A stretch of 64,000 nt of DNA. Source: the human T2T-CHM13v2.0 reference genome, Homo sapiens. Made by a program: the position numbers and the translations under genes. Shown piece by piece: positions 1 through 14,170 of the stretch (its first letter is position 1; every line of letters begins with the position of its first letter). The stretch lies in assembly GCF_009914755.1 (NCBI RefSeq), contig NC_060929.1. One strand, 5' to 3'. The notes beneath the pieces are model-generated. The model saw only the letters and a list, made by a program, of their open reading frames with translations, was not told the DNA's origin and ran no database searches.

Positions 1-400
1 TTTTTTTCCTGGTGCTCGTGTTGGCCAAGCTGTGGTAGTTGGAAGGCCATGGAAGATGTTTGCATAGCCTCACCTTTCAGCGTCACTGGGCCAGCCACTG
101 CAGTAGATGGTTAGGTTACTACTAAAGACACCATCAGGGGGAAAAGCCTGGGCTTGTCTCTACTACCCCACCTGCCTTAGTTGTTTTCTTTCCACTGTGG
201 GTCGAGTTCTGCTTTCCTGAATAGCGGGCTTTTTTACTGTCATCCTCAGTCTGGGGTTATGTGTAAACTTTAGGGAGCTTAGAAACATACCTCACACTGG
301 ATGTGATTTTTGCAAGACCAGCCATGTTCAGTGGGACCTACCCTAGGGCAGTATGTAGTGAACAGATTCTGGAGGCTCAGGAAGAGACATTATGGCTGGA

Positions 401-414
401 GCACCACCTAGTGG
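401..414 (-). promoter_or_regulatory. CTCF-like motif CCACTAGGTGGTGC
   Basis: One mismatch to the CTCF core consensus. Confidence 0.4.
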
Positions 415-1889
415 CAGTGAAGAACAGTGCATGTGATGAACCAATGATCTTCCCAGTGAAGTGTAAATGGGTAAATATTAAGTTAAATCGCTTTCAGAGA
501 TTCCCTTTCTCCAAAAACAATCCCATTTAAAATATGCTTTAAAGCAAAAACTATACTGGACATAATTTTTAGTCTTTTACTAATTATTCCAAATATATCA
601 GTGTCATCATAATGAAGACTTATTATAGAGTTCTCAGTGATAAGATGCTTAATATTAGCCTGTAAATGATTGCTATCATTTACAAGAGGAATTAGGAGAA
701 AGAATGTGGCTAATTCAGTGGAAACTCACTTCTGAAAATTATTCAGTTTGCCACAGATCTTTTGGAATATTGAATCTTAGAATCTTTGTGTTGTGAAAAG
801 TCTCAAGGATACACTAGCCCTGTGCTGAACATTTTCTTAGCCATGGAACTCTTTCTTCTAATAAAATCTTATTCTGCCACCTGTATTACCTTCAAACCCT
901 TAGAATGGTCAACAAGGGAAGCCATGCAGTTGTCTATATGTTCGAATTTGAGGTACATATGAGGTATAGCTTATGCTGTGGTCATACTGAGCTTTTCCAC
1001 AAACCTAATAAAACATATCCAAAAAATTATCACCACTAAAGGAGTCATCTTCAGAGGCAGTACTTTTATGCCAATATAACCACCACTGATCAAGACAATT
1101 TGGGGACTTCTCTTTTAAAATTGCCTTTGTATTAGTTTATACTGGTGACATGAAAATCATATTACATTACTTTGGGTCCTACTTGTTTGGAACAAAAAAC
1201 TGCATTACACAGCACAGTCGACTTTCTTAATTATCAAATTGATCCGATATCCTCTATTTCTCAAAACTAAATCTTTCCAAAAGGTAAGAAGATGATGGTC
1301 ATGGATTTTGCAGTACATCTCTGTGCCTCTCAAACTCTGGGAGATGATTTACCCTTGAAAGAGCTCAAGGTGATGACCTTTAAATGGTTTGCAGATACAA
1401 GGAGAGAGACAGATGGGCAAAGAAGTGCAGTTCATTTTCGATTAGAAAATATTCCTCTAATTTCTAATTAGAAAAGTTTTAAAGTGATGTAGAAGGTAAG
1501 ACTAGGGTGAGTGGGGGTAATGAGAATGAGAAAGTCTTTAACAGGGGGACTGTTAAAAGACTCACTCCTTCAGGATGGCTTTGGTATAATGTGTATGATT
1601 GTAGAGACAGACTTGGTTCCTACGACAACAGATGTAAAAAAAAAAGAGGCAAATATTCCTATTTTTTTCATAAAATATCCAACATTTCACAGCAGTTTGC
1701 AAAGGTTAAAGTCGGATCTCAAGTTAAACCTGGTGTGTAGCCATAATACTAATCATACACAGTACTCTTTGTTCATTTAATTTAGTTGAAATTAAAAACA
1801 ACTTTATAAGTATAATTTTAATAATGAATTATTTTAAATAGGCAACATACATATCAACAATTGGTTTTGAATCTGTGCTTGCTGGCTGA

Positions 1890-2045
1890 GAAGAGGGGTT
1901 AAGAGTGTGAGCTCTGACTTCCCAGGATTGAATTCTAGCTTGACCTTGGGCAAATCACATAGTATTTCAGTGCCTTAGTCTCCAGCTCTGGAAAATGAGG
2001 ATGATAATAATTGCACCCCCTTAAAAAGTTGTTGTGAGGAATGTA
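1890..2045 (+). mobile_element. MIR fragment
   Basis: tgaccttgggcaaatcac...tcagtgccttagtctccagctctggaaaatgaggatgataata resembles the MIR core. Confidence 0.65.
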
Positions 2046-2421
2046 AAAGAACATTTTCTCCTTACAGGAGCATTTCTCAAGGATGGATCATAACTGACTA
2101 TTGTGTGTCTCAAGGTTGGCTCCAAACCAGCAGAAGCTGAATAAAGAACTGTGAACTTGGAATGACTGTGGGACGCTAGGCTCTTACTGGTCCTAACTGA
2201 AGACTTTTTCCCAACAGCGAGCAATGGGGCTTCTTTTAACCAACTCTATTTACAACCTTAGATTCATTCCGTTCTTTGCAAAGTACTGGATTTCAACACT
2301 TAATTAGCAATAACCACATGAACCTACCCTGGCAAGCCCTTTAACAACTCTGAATTTTCCCTCTCAGTGAGCTACTACTTAATTCAGTAAATTTCTCCCT
2401 ATCCTGTATTCCTGTGGCTAG

Positions 2422-2735
<314 letters not shown>

Positions 2736-3302
2736 TCAACTTTTAATTTTTATCTATCGATCTAGTCTATTATTACCCGCTACTTACCTACCCATCCATC
2801 CATTCATCCATCCATCCATCTGCCCATCCTTTTTTTTGTTTATTAGCTCTGGTCTTTGTTATATTTGTTGATAGGCCCAAGTAAATTAGTATGTGTAAAA
2901 CTCACTTAAAACAGTGCTTAGCACATGGTAAGCATAATATGTGATAGCCCTTATGATCTAGTAACTCACCAGTATCTTGTGTGTATTAGAACAACGTGTC
3001 TCTGTAATATTTTAATTATATCTCTATAAGAGCATACATAAATGACAATATATAAATCTCAATAACAGAATGTTTCTAACCCAAGTTTTAAGTAATGATA
3101 TGTGTTCAGGAATACTTCATCTGGCATCTAGGGGAATGGTTGGGAAGATTTTGAGCTTCTCCAGTGGGAAAAAGGCTGGCATATTCAGGTCTAACTTCAG
3201 AGTCAAAGTCTTTGAAGTTAATAAATAGTTTTTAATTTTGAATAAAATAAAAACTATTTTTTTTAGTTTGAAGAAAGACTATTCATTCTCCAGCTTATGA
3301 AC

Positions 3303-3598
3303 TTTTTTTTTTTTTTTTTGAGACAGAGTCTCGCTCTGTCGTCCAGACTGGAGAAATGGCGCAATCTTGGCTCACTATAACCTCCACCTCCCGGGTTCAA
3401 GCAATTCTCCTGCCTCCACCTTCTGAGTAGCTAGGATTACAGGCACCCGCCAGCACGTCCAGCTGATTTTTGTATTTTTGTATAAACGGGGTTTCACCAT
3501 GTTGGCCAGACTGGTCCTGAACTCCTGACCTCAGGTGATCCACCCACCTTGGCCTCCCAAAATGCTGAGATTACAGGCGTGAGATACCATGCCCAGCC
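3303..3598 (-). mobile_element. Alu (AluS)
   Basis: Poly-T followed by a full dimer; TSD-like cttatgaactt / cttaagaactt. Confidence 0.92.
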
Positions 3599-4210
3599 GA
3601 ACTTAAGAACTTTTGAAAATTATAACTCTGAGCTTTTTAAGGACACAGGGTTAAAAGGTGGTTTGTTGGCAGATGGGCATCAGCAAAGCCTGTTTCGAAA
3701 GCTCAGCATGAGTGCACACATGCAATCAGCCTTGGCCTTGCACTGTAAATTTTTAGCAAAGTACACAAGTATGGGGTTTTGTTGCCAAGGAAATGGCTTT
3801 GTTTCTCTGAGGAAGGAGACATTGAGGACACTTCTCTGTAAGTGATCACCGAGCAAGGCCATATTGTTTCCCAGACCTGCTGTTCTGTACAACGTGAAGC
3901 TCTTCGGTCCTGTCTGTGCTTCTCTGGCCAGTCTTCATTACAGTGGCAGCAGGCAAGCCAGGCTTTTGCTGACATCTACCTTCCCTTTCTACTTGCCTAG
4001 GCAATTGTGGCTTGTGTTTGAACTGAACGATGAAGAAAGATCTCAGGCAGTTTTGAGTCAGCCTTCAGGTTCCTCAGAAACTTTAAACACAGGAATCAAT
4101 GAGGTCACTGAGGTCAGGAACTCTAGGCGCCCCTGCCTCATGCTTGGAGCATCAACTTCTGGAGGTCAAGGGTAGGACTATCAGGGACTGCATGACGAAG
4201 ATGATAGTGG

Positions 4211-5876
4211 TAAGAGGTGACAGCGTGCTGGCAGTCCTCACAGCCCTCGCTCGCTCTCAGCACCTCCTCTGCCTGGGCTCCCACTTTGGCGGCACTTGAG
4301 GAGCCCTTCAGCCCACCGCTGCACTGTGGGAGCCCCTTTCTGGGCTGGCCAAGGCCGAAGCCGGCTCCCTCAGCTTGCAGGGAGGTGTGGAGGGAGAGGC
4401 GCGAGCGGGAACCGGGGCTTTGCAGGCGGCGCTTGCGGGCCAGCTGGAGTTCCGGGTGGGCGTGGGCTTGGCGGGCCCTGCACTCCGAGCAGCCGAGTGG
4501 CCCTGCCGGCCCCGGGCAATGAGGGGCTTAGCACCCGGGCCAGCGGCTGCGGAGGGTGTACTGGGTCCCCTAGCAGTGCCGGCCCACCGGCGCTGCGCTC
4601 GATTTCTCGCCAGGCCTTAGCTGCCTTCCCGCCGGGAAGGGCTCGGGACCTGCAGCCCGCTATGCCTGAGCCTCCCACCCACTCCATGGGCTCCTGTGCG
4701 GCTGAGCCTCCCCGACGAGCGCCGCCCCCTGCTCCAGGGCGCCCAGTCCCATCGACCACCCAAGGGCTGAGGAGTGCGGGTGCACGGTGTGGGACTGGCG
4801 GGCAGTTCCACCTGCAGCCCAGGTGCGGGATCCACTGGGTGAAGCCAGCTGGGCTCCTGAGTCTGGTGGGGACGTGGAGAACCTTTATGTCTAGCTCAGG
4901 GACTGTAAATACACCAATCTACACTCTGTATCTAGCTACTCTGGTGGGGCCTTGGAGAACCTTTATGTCTAGCTCAGGGATTGTAAATGCACGAATGTGC
5001 ACTCTCTATCTAGCTCAAGGTTTGTAAACACACCAATCAGCACCCTGTGCCTAGCTCAGGGTTTGTGAATGCACCAATCAACAGTCTGTATCTAGCTACT
5101 CTAGTGGGGCCTTGGAGAACCTTTATGTCTAGTTCAGGGACATACACCAATCAGCACTCTGTATCTAGCTCAAGGTTTGTAAACACACCAATCAGCAACC
5201 TATGTCTAGCTGAGGGTTTGTGAATGCACCAATCCACACTCTGTATCTAGCTACTCTGGTGGGGACTTGGAGAACCTTTGTGTGGACACTCTGTATCTAG
5301 CTAATCTGGTGGGGACGTGGAGAACCTTTGTGTCTAGCTCAGGGATTGTAAATGCACCAATCAGCGCCCTGTCAAAACAGACCACTGGGCTCTACCAATC
5401 AGCAGGATGTGGGTGGGGCCAGATAAGAGAATAAAAGCGGGCTGCCCCAACCATCACTGGCAACCCACTCCAGTCCCCTTCTGCACTGTGGAAGCTTTGT
5501 TCTTTTGCTCTTTGCAATAAATCTTGCTACTGCTCACTCTTTGCGTCCACACTGCCTTTATGAGCTGTAACACTCACTGCGAAGGTCTGCAGCTTCACTC
5601 CTGAAGCCAGCCAGACTACGAACCCACCGGGAGGAATGAACAACTCCAGATGCGCCACCTTAAGAGCTGTAACACTCACCGCGAAGGTCCCGCAGCTTCA
5701 CTCCTGAGCCAGCAAGACCACGAACCCACCAGAAGGAAGAAACTCCGAACACATCTGAACATCAGAAGGAACAAACTCTGGACACACTGCCTTTAAGAAC
5801 TGTAATACTCACCGTGAGGGCCCGCGGCTTCATTCTTGAAGTCAGTGAGACCAAGAACCCACCAATTCCAGACACA
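4211..5876 (+). mobile_element. Solo LTR12C (ERV9/HERV9 LTR), full length
   Basis: Starts taagaggtgacagcgtgctggcagtcc and ends ccaattccagacaca, with a 4-bp GTGG TSD (4207-4210 and 5877-5880). GC-rich 5' U3, CCAAT-containing tandem repeats (~4860-5400) and three U5 repeats. Confidence 0.93.
5395..5436 (+). promoter_or_regulatory. LTR12C core promoter: CCAAT, GT-box, GATA and TATA-like AATAAAA
   Basis: ccaatc ~5395, gggtgggg ~5411, agataa 5421-5426, AATAAAA 5430-5436. This matches the known NF-Y/Sp1/GATA-driven ERV9 promoter layout. Confidence 0.8.
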
Positions 5877-6426
5877 GTGGGATCACAGAGAGAGCCAACA
5901 GTCCAGGCCATGACAAGCTGGCACCCAGCTCTGCTTCACATGTAAGTTATTCCTCTTCTAATTGTCCCGCTAGGTGAAATTGATTAATCATTTATTCAGA
6001 ATCTCCACTTCCTGCTAGTTGTCCAACTGGCGTGGCTGTAGCTCCTTCCTGCAAGGCAATGCTGAAGAAGCTATGGAAGCAAGAAGGAAGCATGGATTCT
6101 AAAAACTGACAACAAACCACTTACCCCTATTGCTCTTCTTCCTAAAGCTAAAGGTAAATCTTGGCTGGAGTTGCAAATGGGAATGTTAGCAAATGGGAAT
6201 AGGAATGGTGGTTCTAATGCTTGGGGCTCACCACCTTCCCTCCCTTATACTCCTTTCCTGATGCAGAGTGCCAGAGTAGCCAATACCCCCTTTCAACAGG
6301 AGCTCACAGGACAGAAGAAGGTCAAAACTTAAGGAGGAAAATTACATTAAAAGAAAGATCAAAACTGTACAAGACAACAATACATACCACCCAAAGCAAA
6401 AATATTAGAGCAAACAGACCAAGGAA

Positions 6427-6573
6427 TTTTTTTTTTTTTTTTTGAGACGGAATCTTGCTCTGTCATTTAGGCTGGAGTGCAGTGGTGTGATCTCGGCTCA
6501 CTGCAACCCCTGCCTCCCAGGTTCAAGCGATTCTCACACCTCCCTAGTAGCTGGGACTACAGACTATGCCCAG
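6427..6573 (-). mobile_element. Truncated Alu (right arm only)
   Basis: Poly-T followed by gagacggaatcttgctctgtc...gggactacag. Confidence 0.85.
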
Positions 6574-7336
6574 CAGAACCCTAGGACCTTCAGGACACCA
6601 TTTGAAAATTATTCATGGAGAACATGGCATCCTAGAATGAGAAATCCACATCTGGTACTGTCAGCCAGGGTTCCTAGCTTTCAGCAGAGAAAGAACTTAT
6701 TAAAAATAGATAGGATAGCATAGCTCACCCCACCCCTAAGAGGGAGAGATGACAAGCTTGGAGATAGGAAGAACGGCCTGGATTCACAATGCAGTGAAGA
6801 TCCTGCTGCTGCCAGGCACAGCAACTCTGGCTCATATCACTAGACATGGGACCTGGCTGGGGGGCTCGTACCAGGAAGCCTGGACACAGGACCCTGCTGC
6901 TGGGGCTGTGGCTGCAGGGCTTCTGGAGGGTCTGTGTTGCTGAGACTCCAACTGCTGCCCCCACCCACTGGAATGGAGCCTGCCCCAGTTTCTGATTCAC
7001 AGTCTGAGGCAGGAGTGTCTCACTGGAAGATCTTGCACCACGGGCCTGTACCTTAGCTTTAAAGAAGGCTGTGGAAAGGCATATATGGCATTTTTGTTTC
7101 TGTAATTTGAAGTAGCTCTACCTAATAAGACAGAAAATTCTCCAAAAGGAGAATTAGGTTCAGATGCTAAGGGAGGAGGAAATAATGACAAATGCTTACT
7201 ACAGGAACTTTGGCAAGTTGCTTTATCTCTGAGCATTATTCCTCTAGGAAAAATAATGGCCCTTCTAAGTCATCCATCCATCCATCCACCCATCCATCTG
7301 TTTATCCATCCATAGCAAACATTTAGTAAGAGCTGT

Positions 7337-7853
7337 TCTAGCTATCTATTGTTTCATAATAAATGACCCCAGCTTCGTGGCTGAAACAATCATTTCAAGG
7401 TATCTCATGACTTTTGTTGGTAAGGAACTCACACAGGACTCAGCTGGGTGATTCTGCTCCCTGTAGAGTCAGCTGGAGTCCTTTGAGATATTCAAGTAGC
7501 AGCTGATCTGATCTGGACTTGTCAAAATGGCTTTGCCGATTTAGCTGATCCCTTGACCGGGATGGCTGGAAAGCTGGACTCCGCTGGGCTCCACTCCCTC
7601 TCCATGTGGTCTTAGGCCTTTCCACATGGACTCATCAGCAGGGTAGCTGGGCTTCTTACATGAAAGCTCAGGGCTCCAAGAGACAAGGTTTGCCTTAAGG
7701 CTAGGCTTAGAGGTGTCATAATGTCACTTCCACCATACTCAGTTGGTCAAAGCAGTCACAGGTTAGCCCAGATTCAAAAGGGGAAATAAAATACATAGAC
7801 ATCACCTCTGGATGGGAGGCATCAGTGAATTTGTGGTAAGAGCCTTTAATCCA
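7337..7853 (-). mobile_element. MLT1-type MaLR LTR (old, e.g. MLT1J-like)
   Basis: Motifs ctcagctgggtgattctgct, cttcttacatgaaagctcagggctccaag and gtcacttccaccatact...ggtcaaagcagtcacagg. Confidence 0.6.
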
Positions 7854-8199
7854 CTGTAAAAACCAACTATGTGCCAGACAGTGTTAAGAGGGGGAGATAC
7901 GAAACCAAGACATGGCCCTGTCTTCAAGGAGCTTGCAGTCATACAAGGTTACAAATGAAGGCAGTTAATGAGATCAATGTCAAGAAGCACTGTAAATTGT
8001 AAAACAATTTTAATATGAAGGATTGCTTTGTCTCTGAGCTTTATTCCTAAATAATCCTAAAACTAGGATTTAACAAATCCCTATAATGCTCTGAAGTATC
8101 AGTTACTGTTTGTTGACTGTTCACCAAGAATCAGGCACTCGGCTAAGAATTGTTTTGGTATAATTCTTCCCAATTCTCAAACCAATCTCACTGCATTAA

Positions 8200-8501
<302 letters not shown>

Positions 8502-9084
8502 CATTGCAGCAATTTCTACATGCCAAAGCCTTGCCCATGCTTCTTGTTTGATGACATGATATCTTGGGTTTGGTCTTATATCAGCACCCACCACTCTACC
8601 CACTGATGCCACTTAATAGATGCTTCTCGACATGCCCACGCAGGCCTCTAGCCACTTAAGGAGAGATTTTCAATTTACAGTGACCCAACCAACCACTCGT
8701 TAGATGCTCTGATCTGTTCCTCTCACAATTATTACTTTAATTTGCTGTCCTCTCTCGGGCCGTGAGGCGACAAGCTTGTAGGCTGCAAGGCAGACAGAGT
8801 TGAAGATGTATTTAAAAGTGCTTATGCGCTATTAGCAAAACTTACTAAATTCCTGCTGTGTTTAGGGAACTAGACCACAGAGCACTGTGAGCCAACACAG
8901 TTCCTGCCTCAGAGAATAGTCACCCAGACAAGATTTTAAAACTTTTCATTAGTTTTACCTGATTGATAAAATTAGAATGGAGAAAATCAGAAAAGTAAAA
9001 AACGAAAAAGCAGCTAGTCATAGTCTCACTATCCAAAACCAGTGCTATTCATATTTTGATTTATTGCCCTCTGGTTATTTCTTT

Positions 9085-9405
9085 ATTTATTTTTAGTTTT
9101 AAGAAAATTAATACACTTCATTTTTTAGAACAGTTTAAAGTTTATAGTAAAATTGAGCAGCTAGGACAGCTGTTTCCCTCTGCCCTCCTTCCCTGAACAT
9201 AGTTCCCCCTATTATTAACATCGTGTAACAAAGATCTTGTATTAGTGCCATATATTTGTTACAATTAGTGAACCAATATTCATACATTATTATTAAATAA
9301 AGTCTATCATTTACTTTAAGGTTTATTCTCTGTGTTGTACAGTTCTGTGGGTTTTGACGAATGCAGGTCAGTATCCATCATTTCAGTATCCTACAGAATA
9401 GTTTC
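9085..9405 (-). mobile_element. L1M (L1MC/MD-like) 3' fragment
   Basis: ttttagaacagtttaaagtttatagtaaaattgagcag...tgtacagttctgtgggttttgac. Confidence 0.6.
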
Positions 9406-10133
9406 AGCATTTATCTTTTGTACCGTCAGCTCCTACCATTGTATACTCCTGCCTGCAGCTTTTTTTCTTGTTTCTTTATTTTTCATATGTGAGCCTAACA
9501 CAAGCCTTCCTTTATGCTATTGTACCCTTCCTCCACATGTTTATAAACTCTTATAAACATCATGGGATACAACATTCTATACTTAACCATGCCCCTAATG
9601 TTGGACATTCATGTTGATGACAAGCGTTCAATTATCATATAGGATATTTTAAAATCATTTCATGGAAATAGATTTCCAGGATCTAGATAGCATTCAGGGG
9701 AAAAAAATAATTTAGAAAGAAACAGCATTGTGTGGTGTCCCCCAGCACCTCCCAGACAAAAGGCTTTTGTCTGAAGGTTGGAGGCCTGTGCTGTCTTGGC
9801 CTAGTGAGTGCCAGTTTCCGCATGGCTGCCCCTCACCCTTGGGAAGGCTATTGGGGGGTGGGCAGTGCTGGCCTGGGTCTTGCTTCCCTGCTCCTGCAGG
9901 AAGGTCTGGGCTTCCTCATTCACTCCCTTCTACTCTCATCCATCAGCACCTTCAAACCGAAACCTGGAACTATGGTATTCTCTTTGGCTCTTAGGACGGG
10001 TTGGCTTAATGGGGGAAATATTAATAGCACTGGTGTCGGTGGAAGTGACCTTGAGCCATGTAAAAAGATTCTGATAAAACGTGTCACTCTTGTTACCTAT
10101 CAGGATCAAACTGCATCACGGAAGCTGCACACG

Positions 10134-12246
10134 ATGACACCCTGTCTGGAAAGTTTTTGCCAGAGGGCAAAAGACTGCAAGCAGAATATCCCTTTGCCAT
10201 TTCTCATGTAAGTGCACACCAGAACTAATAAGAATAATTTGAGAATAAGAGTACTTTCTTTTTTTTTTTTTTTTTTTTTTGCTGTGAAACTGATAACCAT
10301 AAAATTTGGTATCTAGAGTCCTGGAGTGTAACAGCTCCTTCTCATACATTAGCTTCCATTCATTACCCCACAACAGTTCTGCATGCTAGCTGGCGTTATT
10401 GCCACATTACAGTGAGGGGCCTTGGCGTCTTGGGTTCCTGAGAGATGACATTGCCATATGTGGCTCTTCACGACTGTCCCACAGGCCCTCAGCTGGAATG
10501 TGGCAGAACTGGGAGCTGAATCCAGGACAGTGGTTTCCTCATCTGCTCTAGCCAGGAGCAGGCCAGGCCACCCTTCTGGACACAGTCTATCCCACGTGGG
10601 GACAGACTGGCCAGCCCCAGCCCGTGGGTCTCAACGCGGCCAGAGCTGCTGTGAGAAATCTTGTTTGTTTTAGCCTTTGGAGTCCTGTCTGTTCTCTGAC
10701 CTCTGACCCAGAACTGTGTGTTCCAACCACTTCCCAGTCTGTTGTCCTGGCTCAAAACAAAGTGAACGAAAGCTCTTTCCTCAAGCCCTGCTCTCATACT
10801 CCAGGGCTCTGTGAAAATGAGTGGTATGGGCACGTGGCTGGTGAGTCACTGTGGCCCTAAAATGAGCGGGAAAATAGAGGGCAGGTCCGGGCCTCGCAGG
10901 GCACTAATGGCAGGGAAGCAGGAGGGTCAGCATCAGGAGCCTGGCCTTTGGCCCGCAGAGACCTGAGTCCTCCCCTTACTCCTGAGCTGTGTAACCTTAG
11001 GCAGGGAACTTACCCCTCTGGGCCTCAGTTTCCTCATCGGGAAAGCAGGGCTGATCATAGTGCATGGCTTATAGAGCAGTTTTGAGGATTTCATGAACAA
11101 AAAAACAAAGGTAAAGCACTTAGCCTTCTGCCTGGCATGAGTAAACCCTCAGGAAACTGTAGTTATTATTTAGTAGCCAGGAAAATACAGAACACTTAAT
11201 CTGTTGGCTCCCTGGTGTTTCTCGAACTGTCAGCAAACACTTCCACATCACCAGCCAGCAGGGCCATTCATCAAACACCTTTGCCTTTGTCTGTCAGGCC
11301 TCCCACTTCAACAAGTGTCCCTGGGTTTAAGTCAGTAACCTCCTAGGCACGGAAAGTTGCCTCACGCATGTGACATGCGAGCACGTCTCTAAAGGGGCAG
11401 AGGATCTGGCAAAAACATAGACTCGCAACTTGTCTGTTTCCTGAGACACCCACAATTGGCCTCGTGGAAGTGGTTGACTTCTTCCCATAGCTGCCTGTGT
11501 CTTACTTCATCGCCTCCTCCAAGCCCAGGGCCAGCCCTGCCTGGCTGGGGGATCATGACAGTCTTTGTTCCCATATGGGCAAAGTCTTTTGAAAAGAGGG
11601 AAAGATCATTAGTTAGCTGTCAGCCTCCAGCGTGGTTAGGTCATGAGTAATTCTTCTAGAGAGCCAGAGCACTGGCAATTCATTTGGTCGAGAACGTTTT
11701 ATCTACTTGAACGGCGTAGCGAGGAAATAAATGGAACAAGGTATATCAAAATCTCTGTCAACTGAACAATTCCTTACCAATCCAACAAGGAGTATGACGA
11801 CGATGCCACTTTTCCTACCTTTGAGAGGTCATGCACAGACACCGCACATGCACACACCACATTATACCCCCCCCACCACAAATGGGTGTACCCCCTCTCC
11901 CCCCACATACTCACTGGTGCACATATACACGCCACACCACATTCTGTAGTGGGGAAAGGATCATGTGCAGCCTTAAGGGCTGGTTTGCGTAACGGGTGCA
12001 TATTTCTGCTAGTGTTTTTGTTCTTGCAGTCAGGACTGGCCGTTGTCTGAAAGCAAACCTCAAGGACAGGACTTCTGGACTCCGCAGCCACTTCAGGCTG
12101 CTGCTCCATCGCATGAATTCCAGCAGGTGGCGCTGCACCCCGCGCGGACCCGGCTTGCCTCTCGGCCCCAGGGAGGTCGGTTGATGAGCAGTCGGGAAGT
12201 GGGTCTGCGCGCACCCCGCTGCAGCTGTGGCAAACGCAAACGATGA
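10134..12246 (+). CDS. Putative spliced 96-aa ORF (10134-10207 joined to 12030-12246): MTPCLESFCQRAKDCKQNIPLPFLIQDWPLSESKPQ...CSCGKRKR*
   Basis: The AT|T junction joins the tail of ORF 9732..10211 in frame to ORF 12043..12246. No evidence of translation from sequence alone. Confidence 0.4.
10960..11170 (+). mobile_element. MIR
   Basis: gctgtgtaaccttaggcagggaacttacccctctgggcctcagtttcctcatc. Confidence 0.7.
12120..12133 (+). promoter_or_regulatory. CTCF core motif CCAGCAGGTGGCGC
   Basis: Matches consensus CCASYAGRKGGCRS; lies in a small CpG-rich patch. Confidence 0.6.
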
Positions 12247-13340
12247 CACACAGGCTTGACGAGGGCCTTTGTCAGAAGCAATGGGGATCTGGCGTCACCG
12301 CACAATGGAAAACAAAGTGCTTCTGCCTGGCTGGCCAGAATGCACGTTTGCTCACTATTGATGCTGGGGCATTTACAGGCAGAATGAGTTCATGTGAAAT
12401 TTCAGGATCTGCCATGACTCAGATTCACTTTCTGTAAACCAGAGTCAACATTACATTTCCCTTTACTCTGGGCCATTCCTTGAATTTTTAGGTCACCAGT
12501 TGTTTTTGTACTAACTGAAGGGATTTGAGTATTTCACAAGCACCTTATTTTTATTAGCATTTTTAGGGCATTACCAATTTGGGACGGATCTGTAGTGTGA
12601 GAGATTGTTGTCACTCTTAGCTCCAAACATAGGTTGACTTTATATATTATTTACATGTTCAGAATTATACTGTGTAGAAATTCAAATGAAACTTGCAAAA
12701 TACTTTTCTGGCAGGAAGCCCTGGAGAGGATCGTTCATGGAAACAAGGATGACGACTGGGGTAAGAAATGCAGGTGACTCGTGAGTGGTCAGGGAGTGGA
12801 AGAGAAGACGGCTGGAAGGTTTTAGCATTCAGAAAAAAAATGGAGACAACTAGAGTTGATCTGAAGATTATGGCAGAATTCAATATTGGGGGAAAGAAAC
12901 AAGATGGGGGTTAGAAATTAGAAACAGCAGAGCTCCACAGGTTGGAAAGGTTGGAAAGGATTTGAGCAAGAGAACAAGAAGGAGCCTGCTAATAGCACCC
13001 TGGGTTTACATCAAGAGAAGCACCTGGAGAGAATTAACTCGGGAGGAGGTGGGGGCATGGGAAACCTTTTCATCTCCAAGAGCGGGCAGGAACAGCAGCT
13101 GGCCTGAACTTGAAGGTACACCAGGTAGCTTGCGTGGGCCAGGAGAAGGTGATTCTCTTCTATGCCTCTCTCCAACGCCCTGCTTCTGATGCTGCTCCTC
13201 CACCTGTATTGAGGGGAAGATACATCCCTAAGAAGTTCCCTGAACCCCATTCTTTGTTGTGGCTAACTGGTCCCCTTGGAATTTTTCTACTAATTTTCAA
13301 TTCCCCCTCTCACCTGGTGAAATCTTGAATCTTACTGTTC

Positions 13341-13346
13341 AATAAA
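13341..13346 (+). terminator. Polyadenylation signal of the LTR-driven transcript
   Basis: AATAAA followed ~35 nt later by a GU/U-rich tract (ttttttgtgtttcctttgttttt). Confidence 0.7.
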
Positions 13347-13877
13347 AGTTCTTCTACCGAAATTTCTATACCACGTTGAATTTTTTGTGTTTCCTTTGTT
13401 TTTAGTTCTTTGGGAGTTTTACTTAGAAAAAAAAGCCTCTGGGGACTAGATAAGGAAGGAAACCTTCATGTGGACCCTCTTGAGCTCTGTTTTCTTTCCT
13501 GGCCTCACTGGTGTGGGCTCTCTGGCTGCCCTGCTGATCTCTTGCTTTACTGCATTTGGGTGAGGACTGAGGAGAGGGACAGGAGTGTATTCACTGGATA
13601 CTATTCAGACTAAAGGATTAGATGTCGTAGGTGAATAAGCAAGAAAGCAAACACATAAACAAAACATCTGAACGTTTTCAATCCAAGTGGAGCAGAATTT
13701 AGCTTTTCCAGCTAAACTGCCCCACCCCTGGCACCCAGGGAAAATGGTGCTCGTATTGTAATATATTCTCCCATGGATGCATGCAATATTATGAGTATTT
13801 TTTGCCTTGTGATGTAAATTCTCTTTCTTCCTCACTCAGAAAAACATATTGTAGTTGAAAGGAAAAAAAAGAATTCT

Positions 13878-14170
<293 letters not shown>

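Noticed and set aside
4217-5027. Overlapping long ORFs (up to 243 aa) on both strands
   Set aside because: All lie in the GC-rich U3 of LTR12C. Stop-codon scarcity explains them, and they show no gag/pol/env similarity.
4860-5870. Regularly spaced repeats resembling a CRISPR-like array
   Set aside because: These are the normal ERV9 U3 enhancer and U5 tandem repeats; the intervening sequences are repetitive too and there are no cas genes.
9732-10211. 159-aa unspliced ORF
   Set aside because: Non-ATG start and no recognisable domain; only its 3' part (10104-10207) is supported as an exon.
11365-11379. Palindrome CGCATGT-G-ACATGCG as a possible p53 site
   Set aside because: The CATG cores are 7 bp apart rather than 10 and the flanks do not fit RRRCWWGYYY; at most an E-box.
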